Origin: a virus
Length of the DNA: 64,000 nt
Reading direction: 5' to 3' (one strand)
Virus record (IMG/VR): IMGVR_UViG_3300036466_000273
Coordinates: 1 to 64,000 of that record
Under the pieces are notes generated by a model, which had not been told where the DNA came from, did no database searches, and worked only from the letters and a program-made list of their open reading frames with translations. How positions within the stretch are numbered: the first letter of the stretch is position 1; each line of letters begins with the position of its first letter. Position numbers and translations under genes: made by a program. Of the stretch, positions 46,744-55,479 are shown piece by piece.

Positions 46744-48945
46744 ATGGACAAAAATTTTAGAACACTAATGGCTGAGGCTAAGTTCTTTGAGGGCTATGCT
46801 CGATTTGATGATAATCTTGGTAGGTACGAAACCTGGGAAGAAGCTGTAACTCGTGTAATGAATATGCATCGAGATTACTACTCTAACCTCATGACTCCTG
46901 AGCTAAAAGATTATATTGACTTTGCTGAACGCATGTATAAAGATAAAAAAGTTCTAGGAGCACAACGAGCACTTCAATTTGGAGGTGATCAACTTCTAAA
47001 AAACCATGCTAGGCTTTATAACTGCGCTGCAACCTATGCAGACCGACCTGAGTTTTTTGGAGAATGTTTTCATTTAATGCTTTGTGGTTGTGGAGTAGGC
47101 TTCTCTGTACAAAGGCCTCATGTTGCTAGTATGCCTGAGATTAGGCGCAGAGATAAAGACCCTAAAACTTTTGTAGTCCCTGATAGTATTGAAGGGTGGG
47201 CTAGAGCATTGGACGTTCTAATGTCTAGCTTCTTCACTAGTGGGGTACACCAAGAGTATGAAGGGCATAAAGTTTATTTCGATCTTGAGCAAATACGCCC
47301 CAAAGGGGCACATATCTCAGGAGGCTTCAAAGCACCTGGGCCAGAACCTCTACGTAAAGCGCTAGATAGAATAGAGCAAATGCTAAAAGATATTCTAAAA
47401 TCTGGGCGCACAACTCTTAAACCAATAGATATTTATGATATCACGATGCACGCGGCAGATGCCGTGATAAGCGGCGGTGTCCGCCGAGCTGCTACTATTT
47501 GTCTCTTCTCTCTCGATGATAAAGAAATGATGAGAGCTAAGACAGGGAATTGGTTTAACGATAATCCACAACGTGCTAGGAGTAATAACTCAGTAGTTCT
47601 TTTAAGGGATGAAACTTCCTATACGGAATTAAAAGCTATAGTTGATTCTATAAAAGAATGTGGAGAGCCTGGGTTTGTATTCTCTGATGATATAGACACT
47701 CTCTTTAATCCATGCTGTGAAATCGGCCTTTACCCCCGCCTTGAAAGCGGAAATACAGGGGTTCAGATGTGTAACCTTACAGAGATTAATGGGGGGCTTT
47801 CAAATACAAGAGAGGAATTTTTCGAACAATGCCAAGCAGCTGCAATTCTAGGAACTCTACAAGCTGGTTATACTAATTTTAAGTTTCTAAACGAGGAATC
47901 TCATAAGCTGATTGAAGAGGAAGCTCTTATTGGGGTAGGCATAACTGGTTGGATGAATAATCCTGATATATTATTTGATAAAAATAATATGGTTGGAGGA
48001 GCCGAAATTGTAAAGGCAACCAATAAAGTATTAGCAGAAATTTTAGGGATTAACCCAGCAGCTAGATGTACGACAGTAAAGCCTTCTGGTAACTCATCCG
48101 TGTTGCTAGAAACTACAAGTGGTATCCACGGAGAGCATGCTCCTGCCTATATTCGTAACGTTCAGTTTAATAAAGAGACAGAAATTGCTAAGATTTTTGA
48201 AAAACTGAACCCTGATATGGTGTCAGATTCAGTATGGTCACAAAATGGTACTGATATATGTGTTTCTTTTCCAGTGATTAGCCCAAAAGGCAGTAAGTAT
48301 AAATCCGAGCTACTAGGAGTTAAACAGCTTGAGTATGTAAAGAAAGCTCAGCAATACTGGATAGAGTATGGTACTGACGTGGAACTTTGTCGTAAGCCTT
48401 ATTTAAGGCATAATGTCTCTAATACAATTACTGTGGATGACTGGGATGAAGTAATTGATTATGTGTATGATAATAGAGACTACCTATGCGGAGTATCATT
48501 CCTATCGGAATTTGGTGATAAAGCATTACCACAAGCTCCTTTTACCGAAGTACTAAATCTACAGCAATTAACGGACAAATATGGAGCAGAAGTGCTCCTA
48601 ACTTCCGCACTTATTGAGGCAGGTCTTCATGCTTTTAATGATGATTTATGGTTGGCATGTGATACTGCTCTCGGTAGAGGTAAGGATATTAGTAAAGAAA
48701 CTCATAGTAATATCCCTAAGCGAGATTTTGTACGTAGATTTGAAAAATTTGCTAAGAACTTTTCTACTAAAGAGGAATGTGCTGAATGCCTCAAAGATGT
48801 ATATCTATTCCACAAATGGTGGAAGATTCAGAAAAACGCTAGGTTTATTAATTTTGTAGAAGAGTTGGAAGAAAAGACCTATACTGATATTAACACAATA
48901 GGCGCACAAGCCTGCGCGGGAGGCGCATGTGAGTGGGGATCGTAA
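46744..48945 (+). CDS. nrdJ: Class II (AdoCbl-dependent, monomeric-type) ribonucleotide reductase
   Basis: YNC, GCGVGFSVQ, GGVRRAA, NPCCEI, CNLTE, TVKPSG, C-terminal CAGGAC; no beta subunit in window. Confidence 0.85.
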   Translation: MDKNFRTLMAEAKFFEGYARFDDNLGRYETWEEAVTRVMNMHRDYYSNLMTPELKDYIDFAERMYKDKKVLGAQRALQFGGDQLLKNHARLYNCAATYADRPEFFGECFHLMLCGCGVGFSVQRPHVASMPEIRRRDKDPKTFVVPDSIEGWARALDVLMSSFFTSGVHQEYEGHKVYFDLEQIRPKGAHISGGFKAPGPEPLRKALDRIEQMLKDILKSGRTTLKPIDIYDITMHAADAVISGGVRRAATICLFSLDDKEMMRAKTGNWFNDNPQRARSNNSVVLLRDETSYTELKAIVDSIKECGEPGFVFSDDIDTLFNPCCEIGLYPRLESGNTGVQMCNLTEINGGLSNTREEFFEQCQAAAILGTLQAGYTNFKFLNEESHKLIEEEALIGVGITGWMNNPDILFDKNNMVGGAEIVKATNKVLAEILGINPAARCTTVKPSGNSSVLLETTSGIHGEHAPAYIRNVQFNKETEIAKIFEKLNPDMVSDSVWSQNGTDICVSFPVISPKGSKYKSELLGVKQLEYVKKAQQYWIEYGTDVELCRKPYLRHNVSNTITVDDWDEVIDYVYDNRDYLCGVSFLSEFGDKALPQAPFTEVLNLQQLTDKYGAEVLLTSALIEAGLHAFNDDLWLACDTALGRGKDISKETHSNIPKRDFVRRFEKFAKNFSTKEECAECLKDVYLFHKWWKIQKNARFINFVEELEEKTYTDINTIGAQACAGGACEWGS

Positions 48946-49113
48946 ATATGCTACAAACGAAGAGATACTAGAAGCTTTGGGAATATCTAATATAGATAGT
49001 ATTAGAAAAGTCGAGATTATATTATTTCCAGAATGTTTGCCTACTTTAAAAGTAACTCGATATATTGACAATGTAGAAACTTTAACACAATTCACAATTA
49101 GAAAAAGATAAAG

Positions 49114-49153
49114 AAAAAGCCTCTACTACATAATTCGTAGTAGAGGCTTTTTT
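49114..49153. terminator. Bidirectional intrinsic terminator between early and late arms
   Basis: AAAAAGCCTCTACTAC...GTAGTAGAGGCTTTTTT between convergent genes. Confidence 0.92.
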
Positions 49154-49154
49154 G

Positions 49155-49322
49155 TTATTCTTTAGTAGAATCAAAATCAAACTCAGGCCACTCAGCCTCT
49201 CTTAACATGTCTTCAATTTCTGCGATAGTCATATTAGATACATCATTATCACTAATATCTTTAATTCCTTTAATTACTTCTACTAAAACGGGTAGTAATT
49301 GTTTAATTAATTTAATATCCAT
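49155..49322 (-). CDS. 55-aa hypothetical protein (not in ORF track)
   Basis: MDIKLIKQLLPVLVEVIKG...; AGGAG SD; coupled to lipoprotein gene. Confidence 0.6.
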   Translation of the reverse strand: MDIKLIKQLLPVLVEVIKGIKDISDNDVSNMTIAEIEDMLREAEWPEFDFDSTKE

Positions 49323-49650
49323 ACGCAATTTCTCCTATCTTAGTCAAAGTATCAAATAGGTTTTTTCGTGCACGTTCTCGCTCATCTTCAAACTCTTTCT
49401 GGTTACTAAGGTATAAAAGTTCAAATTCTAAAGCATTAGTATATAACTTTTGAGATTTCTTATATAAGGAAGCGGCTTTATCACACTGTTTCTGATTAAG
49501 TACGCCCTCAGAACATAAACTATCCGCTGTTCTAGCTGCTAAAACGATTGACTCTTGGGCTGTTTTCAGCTGTCTAGCGCTATCCTTAGCGCTATATGCT
49601 GCACAGCCGGAGAGTAATGCTATCAATAAAAATCCTATAAAAATTCTCAT
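49312..49650 (-). CDS. Lipoprotein (possible spanin or lysis accessory)
   Basis: Lipobox LLSG-C after hydrophobic signal. Confidence 0.7.
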   Translation of the reverse strand: MRIFIGFLLIALLSGCAAYSAKDSARQLKTAQESIVLAARTADSLCSEGVLNQKQCDKAASLYKKSQKLYTNALEFELLYLSNQKEFEDERERARKNLFDTLTKIGEIAYGY

Positions 49651-50048
49651 TAATCCTCCTCAAAATCTGAGCCAACCCCAAACATAGCCCCTATTCTGAC
49701 TCCTAAGTATCCTTTAATTTGCTCCCATTTAGTACCTCTAATACCTACGTCCCGCCTAAATAGCTTATCAGCAATCTTACGCTCTTCCTTAGTCTTAGCT
49801 ATAGCACACCTAAAATCATGGCGACAACTAGCTATAGGATGCTTCCATTTAGGAAACCCAATAATAGGCATATTCCTTAAAGGCCCACTAGAGCTTCCAT
49901 CCCAGCTCCAAAATGCCGGAATTTCTCCTTCTCCACAGGGAAGAGGTTTAGTAAGCTGCATAATATCAGCAGTCTCTTTTACATCCCGCATATAAATATG
50001 TCCGTCCCAGTCTTGTTTATTTATCTCATCTGTAAAATAATTAATCAT
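49650..50048 (-). CDS. DUF1353-like protein
   Basis: WDGSS...ASCRHD...RKIADKLF motif. Confidence 0.7.
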   Translation of the reverse strand: MINYFTDEINKQDWDGHIYMRDVKETADIMQLTKPLPCGEGEIPAFWSWDGSSSGPLRNMPIIGFPKWKHPIASCRHDFRCAIAKTKEERKIADKLFRRDVGIRGTKWEQIKGYLGVRIGAMFGVGSDFEED

Positions 50049-50113
50049 GTATTATACTCCTATAAAGGTATCTACAAGACTAATTATAGCGTTATAATTA
50101 GTCTTGTAGATTG

Positions 50114-50425
50114 TTACTGTTGGGGAAACACCGGCAACATCCCAACAAACTCATCTTCATCCGGCGGATCAATTATCCCTGTTGCTACATCATGCATGAT
50201 CTGACGTGCAGATTCCCACACTGATACGTTCCATGCCCACACATCGTTGCAGAACTGGTAGTGAGTGTAAGTGTTATCATCTGCATAGTTTTTGCAGGAG
50301 TGAACATCGCGGAATGCTGTACCGTTGGCTTTGTTATAGGCGTCCACCTCTGCCTGTATCAGCTCAGTGACCAGCTGCTCGTACTTCCACAATTTGTTGC
50401 TGTTGCTTAGGTCAATCTGTTGCGT
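50114..50425 (-). pseudogene. 5'-truncated tail-fibre-associated gene fragment
   Basis: SCKNYA...WNVSVW...DVATG..PP..EF..MLP C-terminal pattern; no credible start; higher GC than flanks. Confidence 0.55.
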
Positions 50426-50765
50426 GAAGCTGTAGAGGTTCAATTAAAGGCATAATAGCATCTAGTTGAGAGGGTTCCTGAAAAAAGGCCCCTACACGCC
50501 CAATCATTGGGAATATTACATAGTTAAGAAAAATCATAAATAAACCACCATACACTACGCTTGGTCTTGCACGCTTAGTAAATTTATCTTTTTGCTTTAG
50601 CTCCTCTACCATTATTTCTGATTTAGCTTGGTCTCTGATAGCTACTTCTTGTGAGATTGCTGCCGCCATCTTTGCTTTTTGTTCTGGAGAAGCATCGGGC
50701 GGGAAAAACCTATCTACTAGATTTTCTGCGAAAGATGCTATGCCCCCTAGTCCTGTTAAATCCAT
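50412..50765 (-). CDS. GTA-type 3TM holin family protein, C-terminally truncated
   Basis: LVDRFFP, E..Q.DKFTKRARP.VVY motif; final TM and GRSxEK end absent. Confidence 0.7.
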   Translation of the reverse strand: MDLTGLGGIASFAENLVDRFFPPDASPEQKAKMAAAISQEVAIRDQAKSEIMVEELKQKDKFTKRARPSVVYGGLFMIFLNYVIFPMIGRVGAFFQEPSQLDAIMPLIEPLQLHATD

Positions 50766-50890
50766 ATTAACTCCTGACTAAATATATAATAAGCTTAAAG
50801 TTTCAAACTTATCCTGAGATGCACTGTCTATTTTTGCTACTAAATAGTGCATATGCAGCTCCTAAGTTTCTTACCTTATAAAAGGTAGCC

Positions 50891-51907
50891 TTACATTCTG
50901 TTGCCTAAGAGTTTTATCTCATAGTCGGTAAGAGCAGATGAGTAAAGTGCGAAAGCTCTAAATACTCCATTAAAGAAGTTAGATAATACCCCATCAATAT
51001 AGCCAGCTCCTAACTTTAAAGAGCCATTAGCTGAAGACAATTCAGAGTTATATACACCTATATCATTAGCAATCTGTCGTCCATAAGATAGTATTTGATG
51101 GTTGGTTCCTGTATACCGCATAGCAATCATAAAAGGGAACCCTCGGCCTACATTAGCTACCGTGGCGGGGTTTTCCATAATATTAAATGATATACTACCA
51201 GAGCCATCTTCAATCTGTAGATCTAATAGAGGCGAAGTACTAGTTTCGGAATCTGCATCCATACCTGCGATAGCTCTTATTGAAGAAACATCAAAAACCG
51301 AGCCAGAAAAAAGCATTGTCCATGCTGGGGAGGGTAAGGATATGACTGGGGTGTCTATATAGTCATCAACCCCATCAAATTTTATCCCGCATAGAGTAGG
51401 AATAGCACCGTAAATAGTGCCGTCATTTACTCCAGTAGAGTCCACTACAGTAGTACCATTTATACCCTGTATAAAATCATACTCTATAACTAAACTATCA
51501 AGACTCGGGGATACAAAACCTCCCAAATTACCAACCCATACATTATTATTTAGGGTATTATCGATACAAACCCACTCTTCTCCTGTAGTGGTATTTAATT
51601 CCTTAGCTCCAATAGAGGGAGGATTATAGTCAATTGTTGGGTCAATACTCTGCTGCACAGGAAATCTGAAGTCATTGCCTTCCGCCACTGTCTCAGCATC
51701 CGAACCGAAAGGTTTGTTGAAGGCAGAAGCTTTCTCAAACGCTGGCTCCGCATTTATAGTAGCAGGGGTTATGTTATGCGGATTGGATGCCTCTTTATGG
51801 TCTTGAACCTCAGTGTTAATATTTATGAAATTATTATCTACTTCTGTATTTGTTAATGGAGCACCCTTAGCAGTAGTGCCTGTCTCTCTAGTAATTATAG
51901 TAGCCAT
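50891..51907 (-). CDS. Tail fibre/receptor-binding protein with LamG/ConA-like domain
   Basis: KGAPLTNTEVDNNF N-terminus; FDGVDDYI...F.G......Y..ALT..EI. Confidence 0.75.
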   Translation of the reverse strand: MATIITRETGTTAKGAPLTNTEVDNNFININTEVQDHKEASNPHNITPATINAEPAFEKASAFNKPFGSDAETVAEGNDFRFPVQQSIDPTIDYNPPSIGAKELNTTTGEEWVCIDNTLNNNVWVGNLGGFVSPSLDSLVIEYDFIQGINGTTVVDSTGVNDGTIYGAIPTLCGIKFDGVDDYIDTPVISLPSPAWTMLFSGSVFDVSSIRAIAGMDADSETSTSPLLDLQIEDGSGSISFNIMENPATVANVGRGFPFMIAMRYTGTNHQILSYGRQIANDIGVYNSELSSANGSLKLGAGYIDGVLSNFFNGVFRAFALYSSALTDYEIKLLGNRM

Positions 51908-51916
51908 GCTTTCTCC

Positions 51917-52234
51917 TTATGAAATATCCAATACACGTTCTGTATAGTCATTAGTCTCAAAGTACGTATAAGTATCTGTATACCAAGTTAATATAATAAA
52001 AACTTCCGAACCAAACGAACTAATATTGTTTGAAACTGCTTCAATAGTATAATAATTACTAAAGTCTCCAATACTAACATCTGTATCTTCGAAGCTGAAG
52101 GGGGCTTCTACTATAGTGGCAACAGGAGTACCTGGAGCGCTAGTATCAATACTATCACTCGATTTATATATATTGTATTCTGCCCCTCCTAAATTTGTAT
52201 CCTCAAAATTTATAGTTATCTTTGGTGTAGGCAT
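51917..52234 (-). CDS. FN3-like small tail protein
   Basis: YNIYKS...FEDTDV...YYTIEAV. Confidence 0.6.
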   Translation of the reverse strand: MPTPKITINFEDTNLGGAEYNIYKSSDSIDTSAPGTPVATIVEAPFSFEDTDVSIGDFSNYYTIEAVSNNISSFGSEVFIILTWYTDTYTYFETNDYTERVLDIS

Positions 52235-52236
52235 AA

Positions 52237-54660
52237 TTACTCCGTATATGAGATTGTTACGTTGCCGGCTGGATTAATAGGTCTGTAGAACAAAATTGAA
52301 GGAGTTTGCAAATTCTTAACTCCCGACCTATCTGCCTCAATAGTAAATTTAAAATAGCCCGCAGTTGTATAACCAGATACCAGCGCTTCCGTGACCTCAT
52401 ATGAAGTACCTGTAGTCGTGCCAGAATCTACGGTTCCCAACAGTGTATCATTAGCATCATAAGCTTGTAAAGTATAGTTATATACTACTCCTGCTTCTAA
52501 ATCCGTAGAATCTTCATCCCATGTTAGGGGGCGCTCTATCTCAGTTAATCTATTTCTATGTGACCAAGTTACATTAATAGGCCAACTAAAAAATCCAGCT
52601 AGATCATCTAACATACCAGCTACTCTGAGATTAGCTGGGCGCAGAGGTTTATAATGCCTAGCAGAGGTTACTAAAGTCTGTTCTGGGGCATCTTCTGGCT
52701 CTAAAGTATCTGCAATAGCTATAGTACCTATTTTTAGGTACGCAGTACTTCCTACTGAGAAAGCTCTATTATACACACCCAACCCATTTTTCCCAAATAG
52801 TATTACTACAGTGTCTTTGGGATGATTTTTTGGGACAGTATCAAATAGTCCTCGTTCTACAACGATCGAAGAGCTTAATACTGACTTTAATAGTACTATC
52901 TCTGAGCCTCCTATCAAGGCATATGTGTCAGGTACAATACTATTGGGCTGATTTAACCAAGTTATATCCATATTAGAGGTAGACTTATAGACATCAAAAT
53001 TTAACTTACATCTAAAACTTTGAGAAGCATATACTGAATCAGAATAACTGCCTTGAGGATTTTTGAATACTGGATCTATTGAAATCGTATCCTGTGTAGA
53101 GGGGACTCCTGCACACATTACGTAACTTTGAGTGGGAGTAACACTATCAGAAACTGGTGTGCCTAATCTACTACCTATAATAAACTTAGGCATATCTTCT
53201 AGTATATGAACGCTACAAGGAGCGGCATCTTGAGAAGGAGGCTGAAATATTGCCTGCCCAGTCTGAGAATACACAGCAGAAGAGTTAGAAAATACATCTT
53301 CTATACACTCTAATCTCAGTTTGGAGTCGGATAAATCTCCATATTTAATAGAAACGACCCTAAGCACTATTTGATCAATACCATATCTAGGCCATGACAT
53401 TAATATTGGGTCTCCAATAGATACCCTCATGCCGTCTAGGTTAGTTTCTAAAGTGGCTGTTGCTAAGTTAGTAGATAAGGACTGTAAATCTCTGCTTAAT
53501 AATTTTTCAGCGGTATCCTTATGTGCTACAAGTGGGTATTCTAAGGTTTTAGAGATAGTGCGTCCAGCTTGTGCAACTAGTGCAATGTCAGAACGTGTTA
53601 AAGAAGACTTTTCTCCAGTGTCACTATCCCAGAATTTAATTGTAAGAGTGTTAGGAGACTCCTCATATGTATTACGCTTAAAAGATTTTACTTCAATTAT
53701 GTTATCTTCGTCAAAGACAGGTAGGTTGTCTATATCAAAGTCATCACGTATCAGTTTTAGTCTCAACTTACCGGTATGAATATCAGAAAATAGAAAGGCA
53801 TCTATATGATTAAGTAGATCTTTTATAAACTCTCCTATTTCTGCCTCTTGAGTCCACAGTGCACACATCCCAAAATTTTCAGAAGCTAATACTGAGTTTG
53901 CTGAATTAAAAGAAGCTACGTCTATATCATCTAATGTATACCCCAGCCCCCACTTTTCATTTAATATTATCTCTGCCAATAAGTTGGCTGGATTCATTGC
54001 TTGGATACCATTGGGGAGGGTTATTACAGGGTTATTAAGGCCAGACCTATAATATATATTTCTGCCCCAAGCATGCCAAGGTCTTATCATATCACTATCC
54101 CCTACCCAAACATGTTCTAGTACTAGGGAAGCGACTCCTCTAAATGCAGGAATTCCGCCAGACCATGTGGTTGGAAGTTTACTAGCTAGGTAAGCATTAG
54201 GCATTTGATTGGGGTTTCCATCATGGAATCTAAAAGTGCCCCCAATACCCCCGCCGGCATAAAAACCCCCAAAAAATGAGCTTCGCCACACATGTGCTGA
54301 AGTATCTGTGCCTATCCCATCCCCATAAGGGTCTCCCCAAAGAGCTCTACCATCTACCTCAATAGCTAGAAGTCTTTGCATATCATGACAGAGCGCTAAA
54401 TGCATCCCTAGATAGTAGTTATAACCAACTGTTTGGTCTTCTTTCTCTTTTTCATAAACTCGTAAGTCCCCATACCACACAACATTAGGAGAGGTTACCT
54501 TTTTAGTACCAAATAAAACAGGAATTTCTTTTCCAATTTCCGCCGTTGGTATATCTAATTGATCTAGCGATTTAGCAGCCATATGCACGCTAGCAGAAGG
54601 GGCTAGTATTAGAGTTGCTATGACTGCTATGATTACTACTATAAGTAAGCCTAGACCCAT
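52237..54660 (-). CDS. Central tail tip/hub protein (phage-tail_3 / GTA-like)
   Basis: PTAExGxxIPVLFGT..PNVVWYGD, YYLGMHLALCH, PAFRGV, MNPA, LKLIRDD, RGLFDT. Confidence 0.85.
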   Translation of the reverse strand: MGLGLLIVVIIAVIATLILAPSASVHMAAKSLDQLDIPTAEIGKEIPVLFGTKKVTSPNVVWYGDLRVYEKEKEDQTVGYNYYLGMHLALCHDMQRLLAIEVDGRALWGDPYGDGIGTDTSAHVWRSSFFGGFYAGGGIGGTFRFHDGNPNQMPNAYLASKLPTTWSGGIPAFRGVASLVLEHVWVGDSDMIRPWHAWGRNIYYRSGLNNPVITLPNGIQAMNPANLLAEIILNEKWGLGYTLDDIDVASFNSANSVLASENFGMCALWTQEAEIGEFIKDLLNHIDAFLFSDIHTGKLRLKLIRDDFDIDNLPVFDEDNIIEVKSFKRNTYEESPNTLTIKFWDSDTGEKSSLTRSDIALVAQAGRTISKTLEYPLVAHKDTAEKLLSRDLQSLSTNLATATLETNLDGMRVSIGDPILMSWPRYGIDQIVLRVVSIKYGDLSDSKLRLECIEDVFSNSSAVYSQTGQAIFQPPSQDAAPCSVHILEDMPKFIIGSRLGTPVSDSVTPTQSYVMCAGVPSTQDTISIDPVFKNPQGSYSDSVYASQSFRCKLNFDVYKSTSNMDITWLNQPNSIVPDTYALIGGSEIVLLKSVLSSSIVVERGLFDTVPKNHPKDTVVILFGKNGLGVYNRAFSVGSTAYLKIGTIAIADTLEPEDAPEQTLVTSARHYKPLRPANLRVAGMLDDLAGFFSWPINVTWSHRNRLTEIERPLTWDEDSTDLEAGVVYNYTLQAYDANDTLLGTVDSGTTTGTSYEVTEALVSGYTTAGYFKFTIEADRSGVKNLQTPSILFYRPINPAGNVTISYTE

Positions 54661-54663
54661 AAG

Positions 54664-55479
54664 TTATCTCCTAATTGATGAGAGGAAAGGGTTTTTATTC
54701 GGAACCCAGTTAAATGCTAAATAGTTAAGTATATTATTAAACCTGCCCGAGCATGTTTGAGGTGTTTTATCACACCCCGGATATAAAAATATTGTATCCC
54801 CAAAACTAACATCATACAAGGGTCTTGCTAGGTATAAAGTATTTCCTACATGGTTCGTTATAAACGAAGTTTTGTACTGCAATGGAATTTCTGCAATTCC
54901 CCCAGTAAAATATCCGTCAGTATAAGTATTTTGTACTTCAATATGAGTATTACTTATTACTGAAGCTATGATTTCTTCTTGCTCAAACTCTACTTTACTA
55001 ACTCCGCAACCTTGCCCATATACTAGGTGTTGGCAAACAAATTCATATCTAATACCTAAGCCTGACATAGAGATAGATGATAAAATAGGTTCACAATGGA
55101 TATCCGCTACAGTATTTTTAGGTTCTACAGATACAATTCTTCCTTTCCACATAACTAAAGCTTCCGAGATATTATTAGTTCTATGTAGCTTCTTTATAGT
55201 AAGGGTGGTGCGCATTTCAGGGGTAAAATGTAGTAATTCATTAACTAATGTGTTAGATATTGGAAGTGTAATAGTTATAGGTACCTTAAGTACATCATCA
55301 GTAGTATCAATCTTACTTCTGGAAATAGGCTCGGCTTCATAAAAATCATTACTCCCTACGGGGGTAAATCCTTCTCTAGCTGAAGTTATCTTATATCTCC
55401 ATAGGTCTGAGCGACTAAACTCATATAGTTCTACCGGTTCTCCACTATGTACACTATACTCATCAGATGCAAAGCTCAT
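54664..55479 (-). CDS. DUF2163/BR0599 family baseplate protein
   Basis: PVELYEF, CxHxVYxxGC, YPGCDKTxxTCxxRFNNxxN, PxKNPF. Confidence 0.9.
   Translation of the reverse strand: MSFASDEYSVHSGEPVELYEFSRSDLWRYKITSAREGFTPVGSNDFYEAEPISRSKIDTTDDVLKVPITITLPISNTLVNELLHFTPEMRTTLTIKKLHRTNNISEALVMWKGRIVSVEPKNTVADIHCEPILSSISMSGLGIRYEFVCQHLVYGQGCGVSKVEFEQEEIIASVISNTHIEVQNTYTDGYFTGGIAEIPLQYKTSFITNHVGNTLYLARPLYDVSFGDTIFLYPGCDKTPQTCSGRFNNILNYLAFNWVPNKNPFLSSIRR

Noticed and set aside
35626-48945. Introns or inteins in polymerase, helicases or RNR
   Set aside because: ORFs are continuous, of normal length, with no splicing motifs seen
50891-51907. Diversity-generating retroelement or invertible fibre cassette
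   Set aside because: No reverse transcriptase, recombinase or template/variable repeat pair visible in the window
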